DNA of 64,000 nt, taken from assembly GCA_051362555.1 (NCBI GenBank), contig CM120640.1:24662225-24726224 (forward strand). Direction: 5' to 3'. The notes under the pieces were generated by a model. It did not search any database and was not told the DNA's origin. It saw nothing but the letters and a program-made list of their open reading frames with translations. The DNA comes from Lingula anatina (Eukaryota > Animalia > Brachiopoda). Shown one piece after another: positions 26,174 to 59,670 of the stretch. Within the stretch, counting starts at the first letter, position 1. The number at the start of each line of letters is the position of its first letter. Both the position numbers and the translations under genes were made by a program.

Positions 26174-26191
26174 TTCTAGAGGATTCCCGAA
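26174..26191. promoter_or_regulatory. Heat shock element in the TECR/DNAJB divergent promoter
   Basis: TTCtaGAGgaTTCccGAA is four inverted nGAAn units with one mismatch. It lies about 175 bp upstream of the Hsp40 ATG, next to TGACGT (26163) and a TATAAG at about 26227. Confidence 0.7.
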
Positions 26192-26365
26192 AACCCTGGG
26201 CGTAGATGTATCTCGACTTTCTTTGGTATAAGAAGTGACAGTCAGTTGATCGGCGTCAGAACTACCGAACAGAAGCTAGTTGGCATTTAGCGAAGGCAAT
26301 CAACGTTTATCAAATATTGGACACTGTTTTAAGGCTAAAATTTGGTGAAAACCCATGATATGACG

Positions 26366-27739
26366 ATGGGGAAAGATTACTACCAAATCCTAGGCGTTGC
26401 TAAAGGTGCGACTGACGATGAGATTAAGAAGGCATACCGAAAAATGGCTCTAAAATACCACCCGGACAAAAACAAGTCACCAGGAGCTGAAGAAAAATTT
26501 AAGGAGATAGGTGAAGCGTATGAGGTTTTGAGTGACAAAAGCCGCCGTGAAATTTATGACAAATATGGAGAAGAAGGGTTGAAAGCTGGGGCTGGAGGTG
26601 GAGGCGGTGGAGGTGGAGGTGCAAATTATTCCTACACCTTCCACGATCCACGGGATACGTTCAAGATGTTCTTCGGGGACGAAGATCCATTTGCGTCGTT
26701 CTTTTCGTTCAGCGGTGGGCCTGGTGGAGGAACTCGTACTTTCACTACAACATTCACTGGTAACCCAGGCCAGGGTGGCTTTGAGCCTATGGACACGGAT
26801 GATCCTTTCAGCTCCTTCATGGGTGCGGGTCATGGTATGCCCGGCGGCCGCGGTGGAGGCAGAAGGAAACGCCAGGATCCTCCTATAGTATATGACTTGC
26901 AGGTATCTCTTGATGAAGTAAACAATGGTGCCTCCAAAAAGATGAAAATCACTCGCAAAGTTGTGAATTCAGACGGTTCTGCAAGGAGAGAGGATAAGAT
27001 TTTATCAATTGACATTAAGAAAGGATGGAAAGCAGGAACAAAAATAACTTTTGCGAAAGAGGGGGACCAAACGCCAAATAATATACCTGCAGACATTGTA
27101 TTTGTAATTAAAGACAAACCTCATCCAATGTTTAAGAGAGATGGCCAAGATCTGTTGTACAAACAAACTATAACACTGAAACAGGTAAGAAGATGTGTCA
27201 TAATCTACTTTTACTTAGGTGCATTTTCAAACTCCAATTCTGTGTTCAGCTTGCCTATGACAATTTCATAATAGTTAAAAGTATGAAAACTATGAAATTT
27301 AATGGAAGCAAAATATATCACAAAATTTACTGTTGACACGTGAATTTAGACTATTCCAAATTGACTTGGGACTCACTGTCATGTTATTTAACATTTAATT
27401 TGAGATTATACCTTCGAAATTAGATTCTAAAGCAATTTAATGAAAAATGGCTTGATTGAAATTCATATTTGTATGAATACATGTTTACACCTATTTAATA
27501 TTTCTTTTCAGGCTTTGATTGGATGTACTATACAAGTGCCAACACTGGATAATACAACAGTTCCACTGAGTATTCGAGAAGTCATCAAACCAGGGGTAAA
27601 GAAAAGAATCCATGGATTAGGACTACCTCTACCGAAAAATCCAACCAAGAAGGGGGATATGATAGTGGAGTTTGACATCAAATTTCCAGACACGATACCT
27701 GAAGCTGCCAAAGAAATGCTTCAGAATTGTTTACCGTGA
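26366..27739 (+). CDS. DNAJB4: Hsp40 class B co-chaperone (DNAJB1/4/5 orthogroup), 2 exons (26366-27184, 27512-27739)
   Basis: MGKDYY J-domain with HPDKN, a G/F-rich region and a C-terminal domain ([37 protein letters not shown]). The symbol is approximate: the gene is co-orthologous to DNAJB1/4/5. Confidence 0.93.
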
Positions 27740-29560
27740 TTTTCCATTGTGGTAAATTGAATTTGAATTCAGTAGATCATGGACGGTGAATATGAAGTTC
27801 TGTGTTAATGAGAGGAAGTCCAATAAATGCGAGAACATTTTGCTTGGTCACAATACAAGGACAATTGTCCTTACTTGCAAACTTGTTTTAGTCAGAGACG
27901 AATAGACCAAAGAATTATGAACAGGTGCAGAAGCATTAAATGCATGGTTCAAGATTTTGATATTTTTTAGACAAGTTATAAAAACGTTTAAAGGAAAATG
28001 ACCACTTTTCTTGGACATTCTAGAATGATCGTGAAATGTTCATTCAGACTTAATTGTATTTCTTGTTAATCCCCTATGATATATATTTTTGCAATGTTTT
28101 AAGCTGGTTATGTAAATGGTTGTCCTTTTAATGGAGAAATACCTAGTGGTTCAGCCAGCGGTATCCTAGCTTGTAATTTTATTTACCTAATGTAAATATG
28201 TACATATTTCATTTTTTTTATCAACGGAATGGTTGATTCATATGTTAAAATGTATGTAATAAGCCTTTGTGTTGCTAGTATAAAACTGTTATAAAAATTC
28301 CAATTTGAAGTTATTTCTTAACCTGCTGTGCAGGTTGGCCTTGATGGAATTGAAATAAAAAATTGATATCTAGTTGATTAATTTTTAGTTTTTGCTTACC
28401 ATTGAATTTTAATTTTTATTTTAATGAAAAGACCTGCATGGTGGATCTTCATGACTGGGATAAAAAGTACAAATTTTCTTAGTTTTACTAGAGCATTGTA
28501 AAGCACTTGGATGGTATAAAGAACCCAGATGTTGAAAACGACAGACGTGTTAAAGCTTTCTAAAACCAAAGGAATGTAACCAGTATGCAAAGGATTCTTT
28601 AATGTTATACAGTATTAAATAATTTAATGGACCCTGGAAATAAAAAAGTAGAAAAAGCCTAGGCTTTTAAAGGCTAGGCTACATTGATTTGTTTTCAAGT
28701 ACAATTTTTTGAGAATGCATGAAGAATGCTTGAAAAGCAATACCATGGTACCTCCTTTGATTGAGCAAGAAGATTAAACTCTGCATGCTTGAATTCAGTC
28801 TCGTGCACTAAATATGGAATAAAACCATGAAATATCCTCCACACTCTTAAATGGGTGCATCATAAAAGGCAGGATGTAGTGGGGAGCTGCTCACTGATTA
28901 CATTACAGGTAAACGTGGAGAGGGCTAGTCCCTGCCGAGGAATTTTGGCATCTGTCCAAGAGATGCAAGATGGCTACATTTCACACCTGAACTTTTTACC
29001 AGTCAAGTAATCTTCCTGAACCAGATGGGAAACTTGCTGAGCACTATCAACATCAGATGGGATTAAATGAAAAACTCCCATAACCAATATTACTTCCAAG
29101 TGCAGCATATTAAAGTATTTTAATCTTCATTATAAAGCATCACTGGGGGGAAAAACATGATTCCCTTTTGGAATTCCAGTTTGAGAAGCATGGTTTTACT
29201 GGTAACCTTGACCAATTTTAAACTTTGCAGATTTTTAACTTTCAAAATATGAATCTGCTTATTTTTTCATCCACTTTAAATGGGGCGATTTCCTTTTCTT
29301 CGTTACTCTTTCATTGATTCAGTGAAAGATATTTTTAGACAAGTGCACATGGTGCATGTCAAGTAGAGCAGAGAGATATATAAACATTTCCTTCCACTGG
29401 GCAAATATTTTGGTGTGCCTGCACCTTACAAAGAATCAGCAATATGACATATGGCATGATGATGACTTATAAGGTTAGAATTTATCCTTTCCAGTCTTGC
29501 AGCAATAATTTTCATAAATATTTTACTACAAGTAAATCAGTGACAGTTGAAATCTAACTT

Positions 29561-30026
29561 GTGGAAAGTAAAAATTCAAGCAGCTGGTTTAAAAAGTGAA
29601 AAGCAAAATTTTCCTCACACTAGCCTAAGTGGATGTTATACCTTAGCAAAGGTAAAAATAGTAATGGAAAAAAGTGAAACCATCAAAACATTTTCCTGCA
29701 TGTTAATCAGTAAAAGTGGGAATCAAAAGATGGGGGAAGTAAAAATTCAAGCAGCTGGTTTAAAAAGTGAAAAGCAAAATTTTTTGCTCACACTAGCCTA
29801 AGTGGTGGTTATACCTATGCAAAGGAAAAAATAGTAATGGAAAAAAAGGGAAACCATCAAAACATTTGTTAAAAGTGGGAATCAAAAGATGTGGGAAGTA
29901 AAAATTCAAGCAGACAGATTAATAAGTGAAAAGAAAAATTTCCTCACAATAGCCTAAGTGGTGGTCATAACTATGCAAAGGAATGGATAGTAATGGAAAA
30001 AAGAGAAACCATTAAAACATTTTTTC
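29561..30026. repeat. Tandem repeat, about 2.8 copies of a 159-171-bp unit
   Basis: AAAATTCAAGCAG...GCCTAAGTGG...TAGTAATGGAAAAAA...AAACCATCAAAACAT recurs at about 29571, 29742 and 29901. Confidence 0.9.
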
Positions 30027-31283
30027 CATATAGATATAAGAGAAACATCATATAAAGAACTGAAACACTGGGAAAACCTCCACCTGGGCTTACATACTGG
30101 AGTGACTCATATGGCCTGACCTGGTTTAACCTGTTGTACTCCATCATCTCATCATCCCTGGTTATTCACATCAGGTACATCTCAGACAAGAGAGCACAGG
30201 TCAACCAATTAACAACATTTACAAACTTGACAAGCAACATTACTCTACATGTATAGTCACAATATTTTCCTGAAGTGCATTATTTAAACAGCCTAGGTAA
30301 AAAGAGGCTCAGTTAGTTTTCCATGCATTGGTCTGAAATGCAATCCTCCCCCATTTATCTCTATAAGAATTAGGAATGTATGACCTACATGTGCATCGTT
30401 TTCCATATAACTGCTGTTTTACCAGGCAATTTATATGGATCGTTTTATAGCCTCTCCTGTGCAGAGAACTCTGGGCGATTCATTTGTGGACATTAATCAC
30501 CATAGCATTACTTACTCCTAATATCAAAAGAAAGCTGCACCAAGGACTTAACAATTACTTTGCACTGATGTGGCTGTTGGGCGTTAGAGTACATGACTAA
30601 AGCTTACTCGACTTGCCTGGACGCTTTTTATATCACACATCATGTCATCATATTATGGCCTTTGAAGGCATTGGGTCTTAAATAGGCCAAAACTTTTAAA
30701 AAATAAAACTTTATTACACCCAAGTTAAGTATACAAACAAAACAAATCCATGGCTTGTAAGAAAGAGCACCTGATCTTTACTTAAAATGACTTTTTAATT
30801 CCCAAATACTTGAGGTCATTATAATGAAGAAAAAATATTCTATGGAGAAGTATAAAATGTAGTACAAGACCACAGTGAAAGGAGTGTAACCAGTGGTACT
30901 GTAATGTACATTAATCAACATGCACTACAGCAGCAGGTACATGACAGCTAACACAATCAACAATCTAGGTGGTCACTAACACAATGAATTTCTTATGAGC
31001 TATTAAATGAAGAATGCAGACAAAAAAAAAGCTGTAACAATGTTAGGATGGCATCAAGATGCCATGAAATAATATGTATTACATATAGTTACATCCTGTG
31101 TAATTTCTGCAGCAAAAAATGAAAAAAAAAAAAAAAATGAACTCTAATCTGTCTTTTGATATGTTTTAAAACATGCATTAATTTCTCCTGAAGAGAAACC
31201 TAGTCTTTCTCCTAGAAAAACGTTCATGTGCATATTTCACTACTCCCAACTGGTTGTTACAACCAATGATGGCCTTTTGTTGG

Positions 31284-34200
31284 CTATACAGTTTTTCTTT
31301 GCTCCTCATGTGACCTGTGATGAAATACAAAAGTTACAGCACTTTCCCAAGCACCTTTGAGAATTGGGTCCACTATGCCCTTCTTATCTGCACAATGGTT
31401 CCATTGGGATAAGTCACTATTGCAGTCACTGTCAACTGGGGGGGCCTTGACTTGTATCCTGTTCACACAACGCCTACACTTGAATCTGAAATGACACAAT
31501 GTGCTACATGAATATTGATAAAATTCATGTGTCAAGGAAAACAAATGCTTACTCAATATCATTTTCATGGGCTTCAGGACCCATGCATTTGAAAATGACA
31601 ATACCTTCTATGCCTAAAAAGCACTGCCATTCTTAAAAATCAAACTTATCAAATTCACAAAATGCTTGTTTAGATGTACAGTGCTCAATGTTTATAATAA
31701 ACCAAGAAATGCATAAACGAGAGTAATTCATACTCAGCAAATGTGATCTACAGAACAAATTAAATATTGAAGTATAAACATACATGTTATAGTCTTGTTA
31801 AAATTGATGTAAAATGCCTGTATTCCCCCTCCTCCAACTTCCTAGCTAGCAGATGAGTGAGAGTTAAACAGCAAAGTATCACAAAGTTTATTCTCTATCT
31901 CAAGCAACCTTTTCATCTGGCACTGGAAAAAGAATAAAGTAGTCAACTTACTTGTCATGCGTGTCACTAATAGTGTCCTCATTCAATTTAAACAGCTCCC
32001 TCAAGTCTCCCAAGCTGAAGTGTCTCTCCACATCTTCTTCATTGTCGACAACGCAGCTGCTCAGGGCTTTCTTATGTGCTTGTCTTTGGAATATCTTTTC
32101 TTCTATTGTCCCAGTCTGAGAGAAGAAACATGAAATAAATATAAAACATTCATCTGACAAATTAAACTAGTAACATTAAATGAGTTTTAATCTACATATG
32201 TATGCCTTCATTTGAAAACCACAATCAAAGTAAAATGTCAAACAAAGCAAATAACAATATTATTTTAGAAGTATGCCATAAACCATAAGTTTACGTTAAA
32301 AAGCTTAATAAACAGAACTATGACATTTGGCAATACTGAGATACCCAAAAAGAATGTCAAATGTTCATCTCTTGGTGCACTTACAGCTATAAGTCTGTAA
32401 ATGTAACACTGTTTCTTTTGTCCATCTCTCCAGACCCTGGCCATAGCCTGGTCATCATTGGCTGGGTTCCAGTCTGGGTCAAACATTACCAGGCGGTTAG
32501 CACCTATGAGGTTGAGTCCACATCCACCAGCCTTGCTGCTGAGCATAAAGACAAATTCTGGGCTCTGAAAAAGTACAGAGAAACTTTTTTTATTTCAGGA
32601 GTATGCAGTACATGTTTCATAGGAGTGATCTGCATCAAATAATATACATGGTAACTGCCCTTTTGAAGATGTAGTGGTCTGATGCATATATACTAAAATT
32701 TAAAAGATAACTTCATAAAGTCAAATATTTTCATTTGCATTTACTGACGAAATCAAAACCCAGAAAACTTACAGCTGGGTTGTTGAACTTTTCTACCACT
32801 TTAGCCCTCTTTTTGATGGACATTGTACCATCCAGTCTAACATATAAATAACTGAAATGTGAAAAAAAAAATATACATATTTATACACATATACATCTCA
32901 AGGCTTCATTACCTATGGTAGACCTATGCTACATCAAGTCACTGCATTTTTTTCATACACAAGGCAATTTCAGAGAAAATCCATCTGGCCCAATTTAATT
33001 GCACTGAATTATTAATGGAAATCTGTGCAAGTCTGTTCACCTACCCTCTCTGCCTGCAGAGCCTCTCAAACAGATCCAGTGTCTGGGTGTAGTTTGATAC
33101 CAGAACAATTTTATCGTCAGTTGAAGTTTTGATCATTGCAAGCAAATAATCAAGAACCTGGAACTTTCCTGTGAATGAGATTGCTAAGAGTTTAAAGCCA
33201 AAAAACTTACTTCAGTTAGCTATTATAGTTCAAAATTATCACGTTTGATTTTTAAACATTCCACCTTCATCAAACTAATTATACTCACATTATATTTCTG
33301 TCCACTCACTGAAAATATCATTACATAAAATAACAATATATATGCTCATAATAATATCAAGCAAAATTAACAGCAAGTTTTCCACACACCTGAGATTTGC
33401 GGTTTCAGCACCTTTGGATTGTAACCATCAGGAAATAAATCCATAGCACCTTCAAAGCCATCTTCACCTTCTGCACATTTGTCATAGATTAAATCTGGAT
33501 CTGAAAGAAATATAATGATATATAAAACAATAGGACATACCACATTTGTTTGCATGTTTTTCTTTCATTTATAAACTGCTAATGCCATATTACTATTTAT
33601 AGTAGAGAAAAAGCAAAATGACTACTTACGATTGCACAACTTCTTCAGCTGAGTAATGGAGGACAATGATGACAGTGTTGCCTTGCCATCTTTGGCACAC
33701 AATTTTTCACATTCTGCTGCCTTGGATGTCACAAACAGTTGATACAATGCTGACTGGAGGGGAGTGAGTTTGCAGCAAACCACTTGTTCAACTAAAACAC
33801 AGGTTTTACATTCAATAAAATCTAAATCTCCTTTGAACTGAATCTATAAGATGTCTGAAAGACTAAAAAACATAGCAAATGTCTAGAACATTTAAAGAAA
33901 AGTAGGTTTGTTTTTGATGTAAATACCATTTCTGTGCAGAAACAATAAGGTTATTCAATACCAAGTATGAAGACCTGTAAATAGAATCATATTATATCAT
34001 TCACCATTTTCATAAAGTAAAAACAGTATATCTAATAAGTATAAAATATTTACTTTTGACTGGGAGATACTTGGTAAGCAGTGCCTGTGTTCTTCTTATT
34101 ATACATCTATTTACAATGGTTGCAAGCTGAAAAAATACACAACGTCAATAAAATAATTGTATTGTATCCAACTTTTAAAGCAATAAAAAACACCACATCG

Positions 34201-37200
34201 TAAAATGAGCTCAACCAATGACTAATATGGTGCACTTTTACCTTCTAGAAAATCTTTGCTCAATGTCTAAATGGGTGAACCTTTACTCCCTGTCAAGTGC
34301 TTCCTCAAACTTATCTTTTCTATTCACAACTGATGTTTTTTTAATCTATTAAAAACATATACCTCTTGTAGCTTTTCTTGACCTCTTTTATGTGCCTCAT
34401 CAGTTGCATCTGCATCTCTTCCACGCAAGATAGGAGTTTCAAACTTTTTCTTGAATTCTTGTGCAGTACCTACATCATCATTAGTGCACTTAAAATATGT
34501 GGCTTAGTCTTGGTGCATACAAGGATTGTCCATGAAAAGACAGTATCATTAAAATTTAACTGAAATTCTTGTATGATGCATCAATAATAAGAACATCTAA
34601 GTACATTTTTCAGTACTATTCCTGTTTTTCAACTTACCTAAAATTCCACCATTCACAAAATGAACCAGACTGAAATACTCCAGCAAATCATTCTGTATGG
34701 GTGTTCCTGACAGCAGTATTCTTTTCTTCGCATTCAGGGCATTTAAGGCAGAGTAGGTCTGATTCTCAGAATTTTTCAACCTATGACCCTGAAAAAAAAA
34801 AAAAAAAAAAAAAAAAACATTACACCAGTCCATATAAAAGACTCAGATCCTGTTTGATATATCACTTCTTGGAAAAAAAAAAAGAGCAGCCAAAACTTGT
34901 AGCTTGTACAGACAGCAATATCATATAAAAATGTCTGACATCCAAAGTTTTCTTGATATGAAATTACAGCTTATAATCTATTAATTCTTTCAAGCAAATA
35001 AAATAACTTTCTTACTTCATCACAAATGACAAGCCCCACTTCTCCTTGATGTAAAACAGAGGCATGCAGGCGGAAAGTTTCATAAGAAATAATGAGTATT
35101 GGAAATGGGTTTCTCTTTCCTTGCTGCTGCATGTATTGCACTAGAATATGTAAAAAAAGTAACTTGATTACATATTTTTTAACTGATAACAAATTAAACA
35201 TAGTGATCTAAATTCTAGCAAACATGAAAGGAAAAAAATAAATAGTATACTAATCAACAGCGTAACCATTACTGTTTGAAATAATTTCATCAAATCAATG
35301 AAATGTTTACAAATACTTTACCTAGATTTCTATCTATATCTTCCTTTGATCCAGAATCTATGGCAAGAGCATTAACTTTTCCAGGTAACCATTTGCTGAT
35401 TTCATTGTACCAATTCTGGACAACAAACAAAATAACTGTCGAAAGAACGGATCTCATTTCTATAAACAAGAAAGATTTCCCCACATATTTGTATAAAAGA
35501 CCTCAATTTATTTATTTGGTTGCACAGTTGGCATCTTTTGAATTCATCATCAATCCACTGCAACATATTTTAATTCACAGCTTTATCTCTCATAAGTTTT
35601 AAATTAAAATATAAATTTACTGATTTTTAATAAAGCAAAACACATATTAGAACTCCACTGTAAACAATTTAACAATATTTCAAGTATTTTCAGTTAGCCA
35701 CTAAAAAGCATTTCTCATGTTTCTGACACAATTCCAAATAAACAGTCCATTGTCTGAAGGCAGTAAGAGCATTACCTTAACTAAACTACTTGGAGAGACT
35801 ACTATGGCTTTACTAATGGCAGGTTTAGCATCTGGACTTTGACGCTGAAAAATATAACCATATGTAAATACATAAAGACTTAAATAGCACACAACAGAAT
35901 GCTTTTAGTTGAAGAAAAATTTTCTATATCATGCTGAAGTTAAAAAACAAACATAACTTGCATTTTTCCTTCCTGAATGAAGTTAAGTTTCATCTGTTGC
36001 TTTGAGATGACTTTAAAAAACATTATGCACAGGTATATTAGAAACCAACATATAACATATCATTGTTTACCAACAAAGTCCAAAGGAGTGTGATACACTG
36101 CAGAGTTTTCCCCAGACCCATCTCATCAGCCATGATACAACCAAAGCTCCCTGGAATCTGCTCCCCAGTGACACAATCATACATAAACTTAACACCCTGA
36201 AATAGCATCCATGGAAAAAGAATTTATAGCTGTTCAGCTCATTGTGAGATATTCCGTGAGAGTTAATCAAAATCATCTGAAATATTTCGAAAAAAATCAC
36301 ATTATAAAACATCTCACCTGCAAAAAACTGTACACATACATGCATTATATTTTTTTCACGGTTAACAAGTCAGCAACTTAACAAGATTGACATGGTCCAT
36401 ATATGACATTTTGCATAATAATCATGAACATACCTCTCTCTGATGTGGCCTTAAAACTTTACACAAAGCTGGATCCACTACAACATGAACTGGTTGTTTT
36501 TCTCTAAAATGCAAAAAAAATGTGGTTTTGAACGAATAAAGCCCTTGTATTGGAACACTGATCATAAAAAATACTTTTAAATAATAAATTATGTAGTTTT
36601 TCCTTTTCTGACTGACATTTCTACCCCACCTCCTTCATTTCCAAACACTTACACATCTGATTTAAGTTGGTCATGAGCACTCAGTTCCGGAGGAGAGTAT
36701 AGTACTAATGCTCCCTCTTCAAATGGGTCATGCAGTGCTCTCCTTGCTCCTTGTCTTCTAACTCCAAGGGCACGATTGAAGACAGAGCCTACAGTACCAC
36801 AAATATGAAAGGCATTAATATCTGTAAACTGAAATACTGTAAAGTATATGATCTTTAACTTGTGACTGAGTTAATAATACAAATATAACCTCTCATTTGA
36901 TTATATATATCCAAATGGAGGAATAGACATTCAATCTGTCTCTACGTTAGGGGATACAAGACATCTTACCCTGATAATTTGGAATTGGGATCTTAAATGG
37001 TTTTGACAGTATCTTTTTGATAAGAGCCTCCTGCAAAATATAAGATGTATCATATGATACAATGACAACATATCAAATGTAAGATTGTGCTTATGAACCC
37101 ACAACGTATGTGAAAAGATCTGAATAGCCATTTTCTAAAGTAGCTTGCATATTGTACATAGAAATTTATCATGTGAAGTAATCAATCTCATATTTACACT

Positions 37201-38592
37201 CTCACTGAGATTAAAACTTACCAGTAAACTATTAATAGGCTACAGGGTTTAACACTGATAGTCCACATAATTTGTTCATCTGATAATTTCATCTAAAGAC
37301 TAAGCACGATATTTGGAGGAGTTGTGGATATCAATCAATTATACTCGACATATTATCATTATTTTACAGCATTATGAAGGCCTACATGTGCAGTGGAATC
37401 TGTCACCAGTGATCTGTTCACAAGTGGTAATAATGGTTTCCTGAAGGGGGAAGTATAGTCTACTTGATCTGGGTTCACCCTCAGCTTCTTTCCTCCCTAA
37501 GGAAATATAAAGAAATAAAAATTCCACAATTATAGAACTCCGCTTGGCAATCACCACAGTACATTATATATAATACTTACATTGTGTTTAGCACAAGGGT
37601 TCTATAAGTCGCATGATAGGATCCTATTTCCTCTCACTGTGCACTACTTTTTTGTAGTCCCCTAGGGAATGCACTAATTGTTGAATATGCTAAAGAACTA
37701 CAGGAGTGCAACATAAATTTGGATGATCCAATGCACAAAAATTACAAGCTTTTGTATGGTTAAAAAGAATTGGACAAGTGACATTTTTTAATGAAAAATT
37801 AATTTTTTGGTAGGAGAATGGATAGCACATGACAAGCTAGGTTTAGAGGGCACTTCCAATTTCTAAGAAACTGTTCACAATGAATTTTGTCGACCCAGTA
37901 AAAGTGCACGGGACTCTTGCTGAATGCAGTTTGAGGTCCCATTCAGAATGGATGATCCGAGTACTTACTGATCCGCAAACTTAGTATGGCCAACCACAGA
38001 TCAAAAGCGATGCTGCTGATATCTGATGGTCTCCCCGCCTCTACATGCGCCGTTGTTGCAGGGACCTAGAAATTAAACCTCTCCCTAATGCCAAGAGGCT
38101 TGTTAGTCTGTAATCTGACTGCCTTCAGTGAGAGTCCGTGCAGAGTTGGTGCACAGTAGCTAGGATGACACAATTCATTGTGAACAGTCTCTTATACTCT
38201 TCATTTCCTGTAGAGCAAGTTGCTGATGACTAGGAGTGCAAAACACAATAAACAGACCTCTACAGCCATTATGATCCACACTGAATATATTACTAGAAAA
38301 TGTTAAGAAGAATAAAAAGATGAAATGCACTCAAGAGACACCAATAAAATTGAAAAAGATAATAAAAGATTATCTTGAGTAACCTGGTTAGGAGTCCATT
38401 CACCATCTTCATCGGTCTTTCTCTTCACACCAGGTGTGAGCTGGCTGGGTGCTAAGCTTCTCCTCTGCAAAAAAATCATTCATCGAACAGTGAATAGCAC
38501 AATAACATTTCTTGATAAGTAAAACAAGACGTATAAATCTACTAGTCTACAGTACAAACGGACCATTTAGTAGTAAAATGATATCTTACCAT
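31284..38592 (-). CDS. RAD54L: DNA repair and recombination protein RAD54-like (SNF2-family translocase), about 19 exons
   Basis: ATG-only first coding exon, then RRSLAPSQL. Motifs [30 protein letters not shown]|[65 protein letters not shown] and [11 protein letters not shown]. Confidence 0.96.
37864..38194. repeat. 331-bp branched foldback element in RAD54L intron 2
   Basis: Outer IR TAAGAAACTGTTCACAATGAATTTTGTC / GACACAATTCATTGTGAACAGTCTCTTA. Nested IRs TGCACGGGACTCT/AGAGTCCGTGCA, CTGAATGCAGT/ACTGCCTTCAG and AGGTCCC/GGGACCT. Confidence 0.75.
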
Positions 38593-38910
38593 CTTCCTAA
38601 AAGTATCACTTGTAACATTACGCTTTATGGCTAGAGTCCATAACAAAGAAACGCTACGAAATATCAGTAGTTTTCATTGCTATCATTCGAATACAGCGCC
38701 ATTTTGGTGAAATAAAGATCTTGACACTTGGAAGCGAGGTCACCAATGGCATCGCGAATATGGGGTCATGTGACTGCGTGGTGGCTTCCACACATGCATT
38801 GTCTGGAGGCTGGATGTGGGCAGTGTTCAGATGATAGAAATGGTAATTCTGAGAGGATGATCGTCAAAAATTGACGATAGGAGGAAAGCAGAGGATAGCA
38901 GGGAAGCAGA
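38593..38910. promoter_or_regulatory. Compact bidirectional promoter/5' UTR region shared by RAD54L and DOT1L
   Basis: The two ATGs are about 320 bp apart and divergent. CpG is retained locally. YY1-like GCGCCATTTT (~38696), CCAAT (~38742) and E-box-like GTCATGTGAC (~38765). Confidence 0.6.
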
Positions 38911-58834
<19,924 letters not shown>

Positions 58835-59608
58835 TGACCACAGTATGCTAGGATATATCGACTTTTAAACAGACCCTGAGATACTAAAAGCTATAGACGA
58901 TTGTTCAGACAAAGTTCAAAATGTATGGAAATATATGGGTAAAATTCTTGTATCATAGAGTGGACATTGAAAAAAAGTTGTATTGCTGTCCACAATGCAA
59001 TATGGTGTTGCTCATAGTTAAGCTTATAACTCTTTCAACAGTAGACAGATGCATTATTATAGTTATTATTGTAAACTCAGAAAGTGACGTTTTCAAAAAA
59101 ATGATTTGCTACAATAAAACATTTATTGACTCTTTTTAGTAAATTATAAATTTTTTCCTATGACATTAAAACTAATATTAATTATATAACCTGCAGAGTG
59201 AAATGCAGTAGGTTTTTTATGGATGTGTGTTCATTATAATGGTCTCTATGCTGATAAGTTATGACAGTAGAACACATTAAGTAATTTATTTAGAAGTTCA
59301 TACTAACTATAATAAACAAATTTTATAACTCTTCAGGAGTAATGTATGAACGCAAGACTTTTATGACCACTCGGATTTGATATTCATAATGGAACACATT
59401 TGATGTTTCTGTCTTCTCTAGTGTTAGCAGATGTAGTAATAATGATCTCTTATGCCAGGTACACCTTTTTCATTTCCTTGAAGGTATTTATTAAGTTAAA
59501 CGCGGGGTGTGTAGGCTGATTGAGATGCTTTAAATGTTGCTACTGCTATAAAATTCAGGGAAGTTCTATCTGGGTGCTGCTGTTGCAGGGACCATGTCAG
59601 CTTCCATG

Positions 59609-59670
59609 TTAATAATAATAATACTACTAATGATGATGATAATAACGATGATGATGAAGATGATGATAAC
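59609..59670. repeat. Compound (AAT)n/(GAT)n microsatellite in the probable DOT1L 3' UTR
   Basis: aataataataatactactaatgatgatgataataacgatgatgatgaagatgatgat. Confidence 0.8.

Noticed and set aside
28014-28030. TTCTAGAA HSE-like motif in the DNAJB 3' UTR
   Set aside because: Only two units and downstream of the gene.
28790-29050. GC-richer intergenic patch with small hairpins, possibly a SINE
   Set aside because: No recognisable A/B boxes, tail, TSD or second copy in the window.
29547-29801. 84-aa ORF with an internal repeat, and possible CRISPR-like array
   Set aside because: It is a translation of a tandem repeat with no unique spacers, in a eukaryotic context.
38220-38250. CTGATGA as a possible hammerhead ribozyme core
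   Set aside because: No helix II followed by GAAA.
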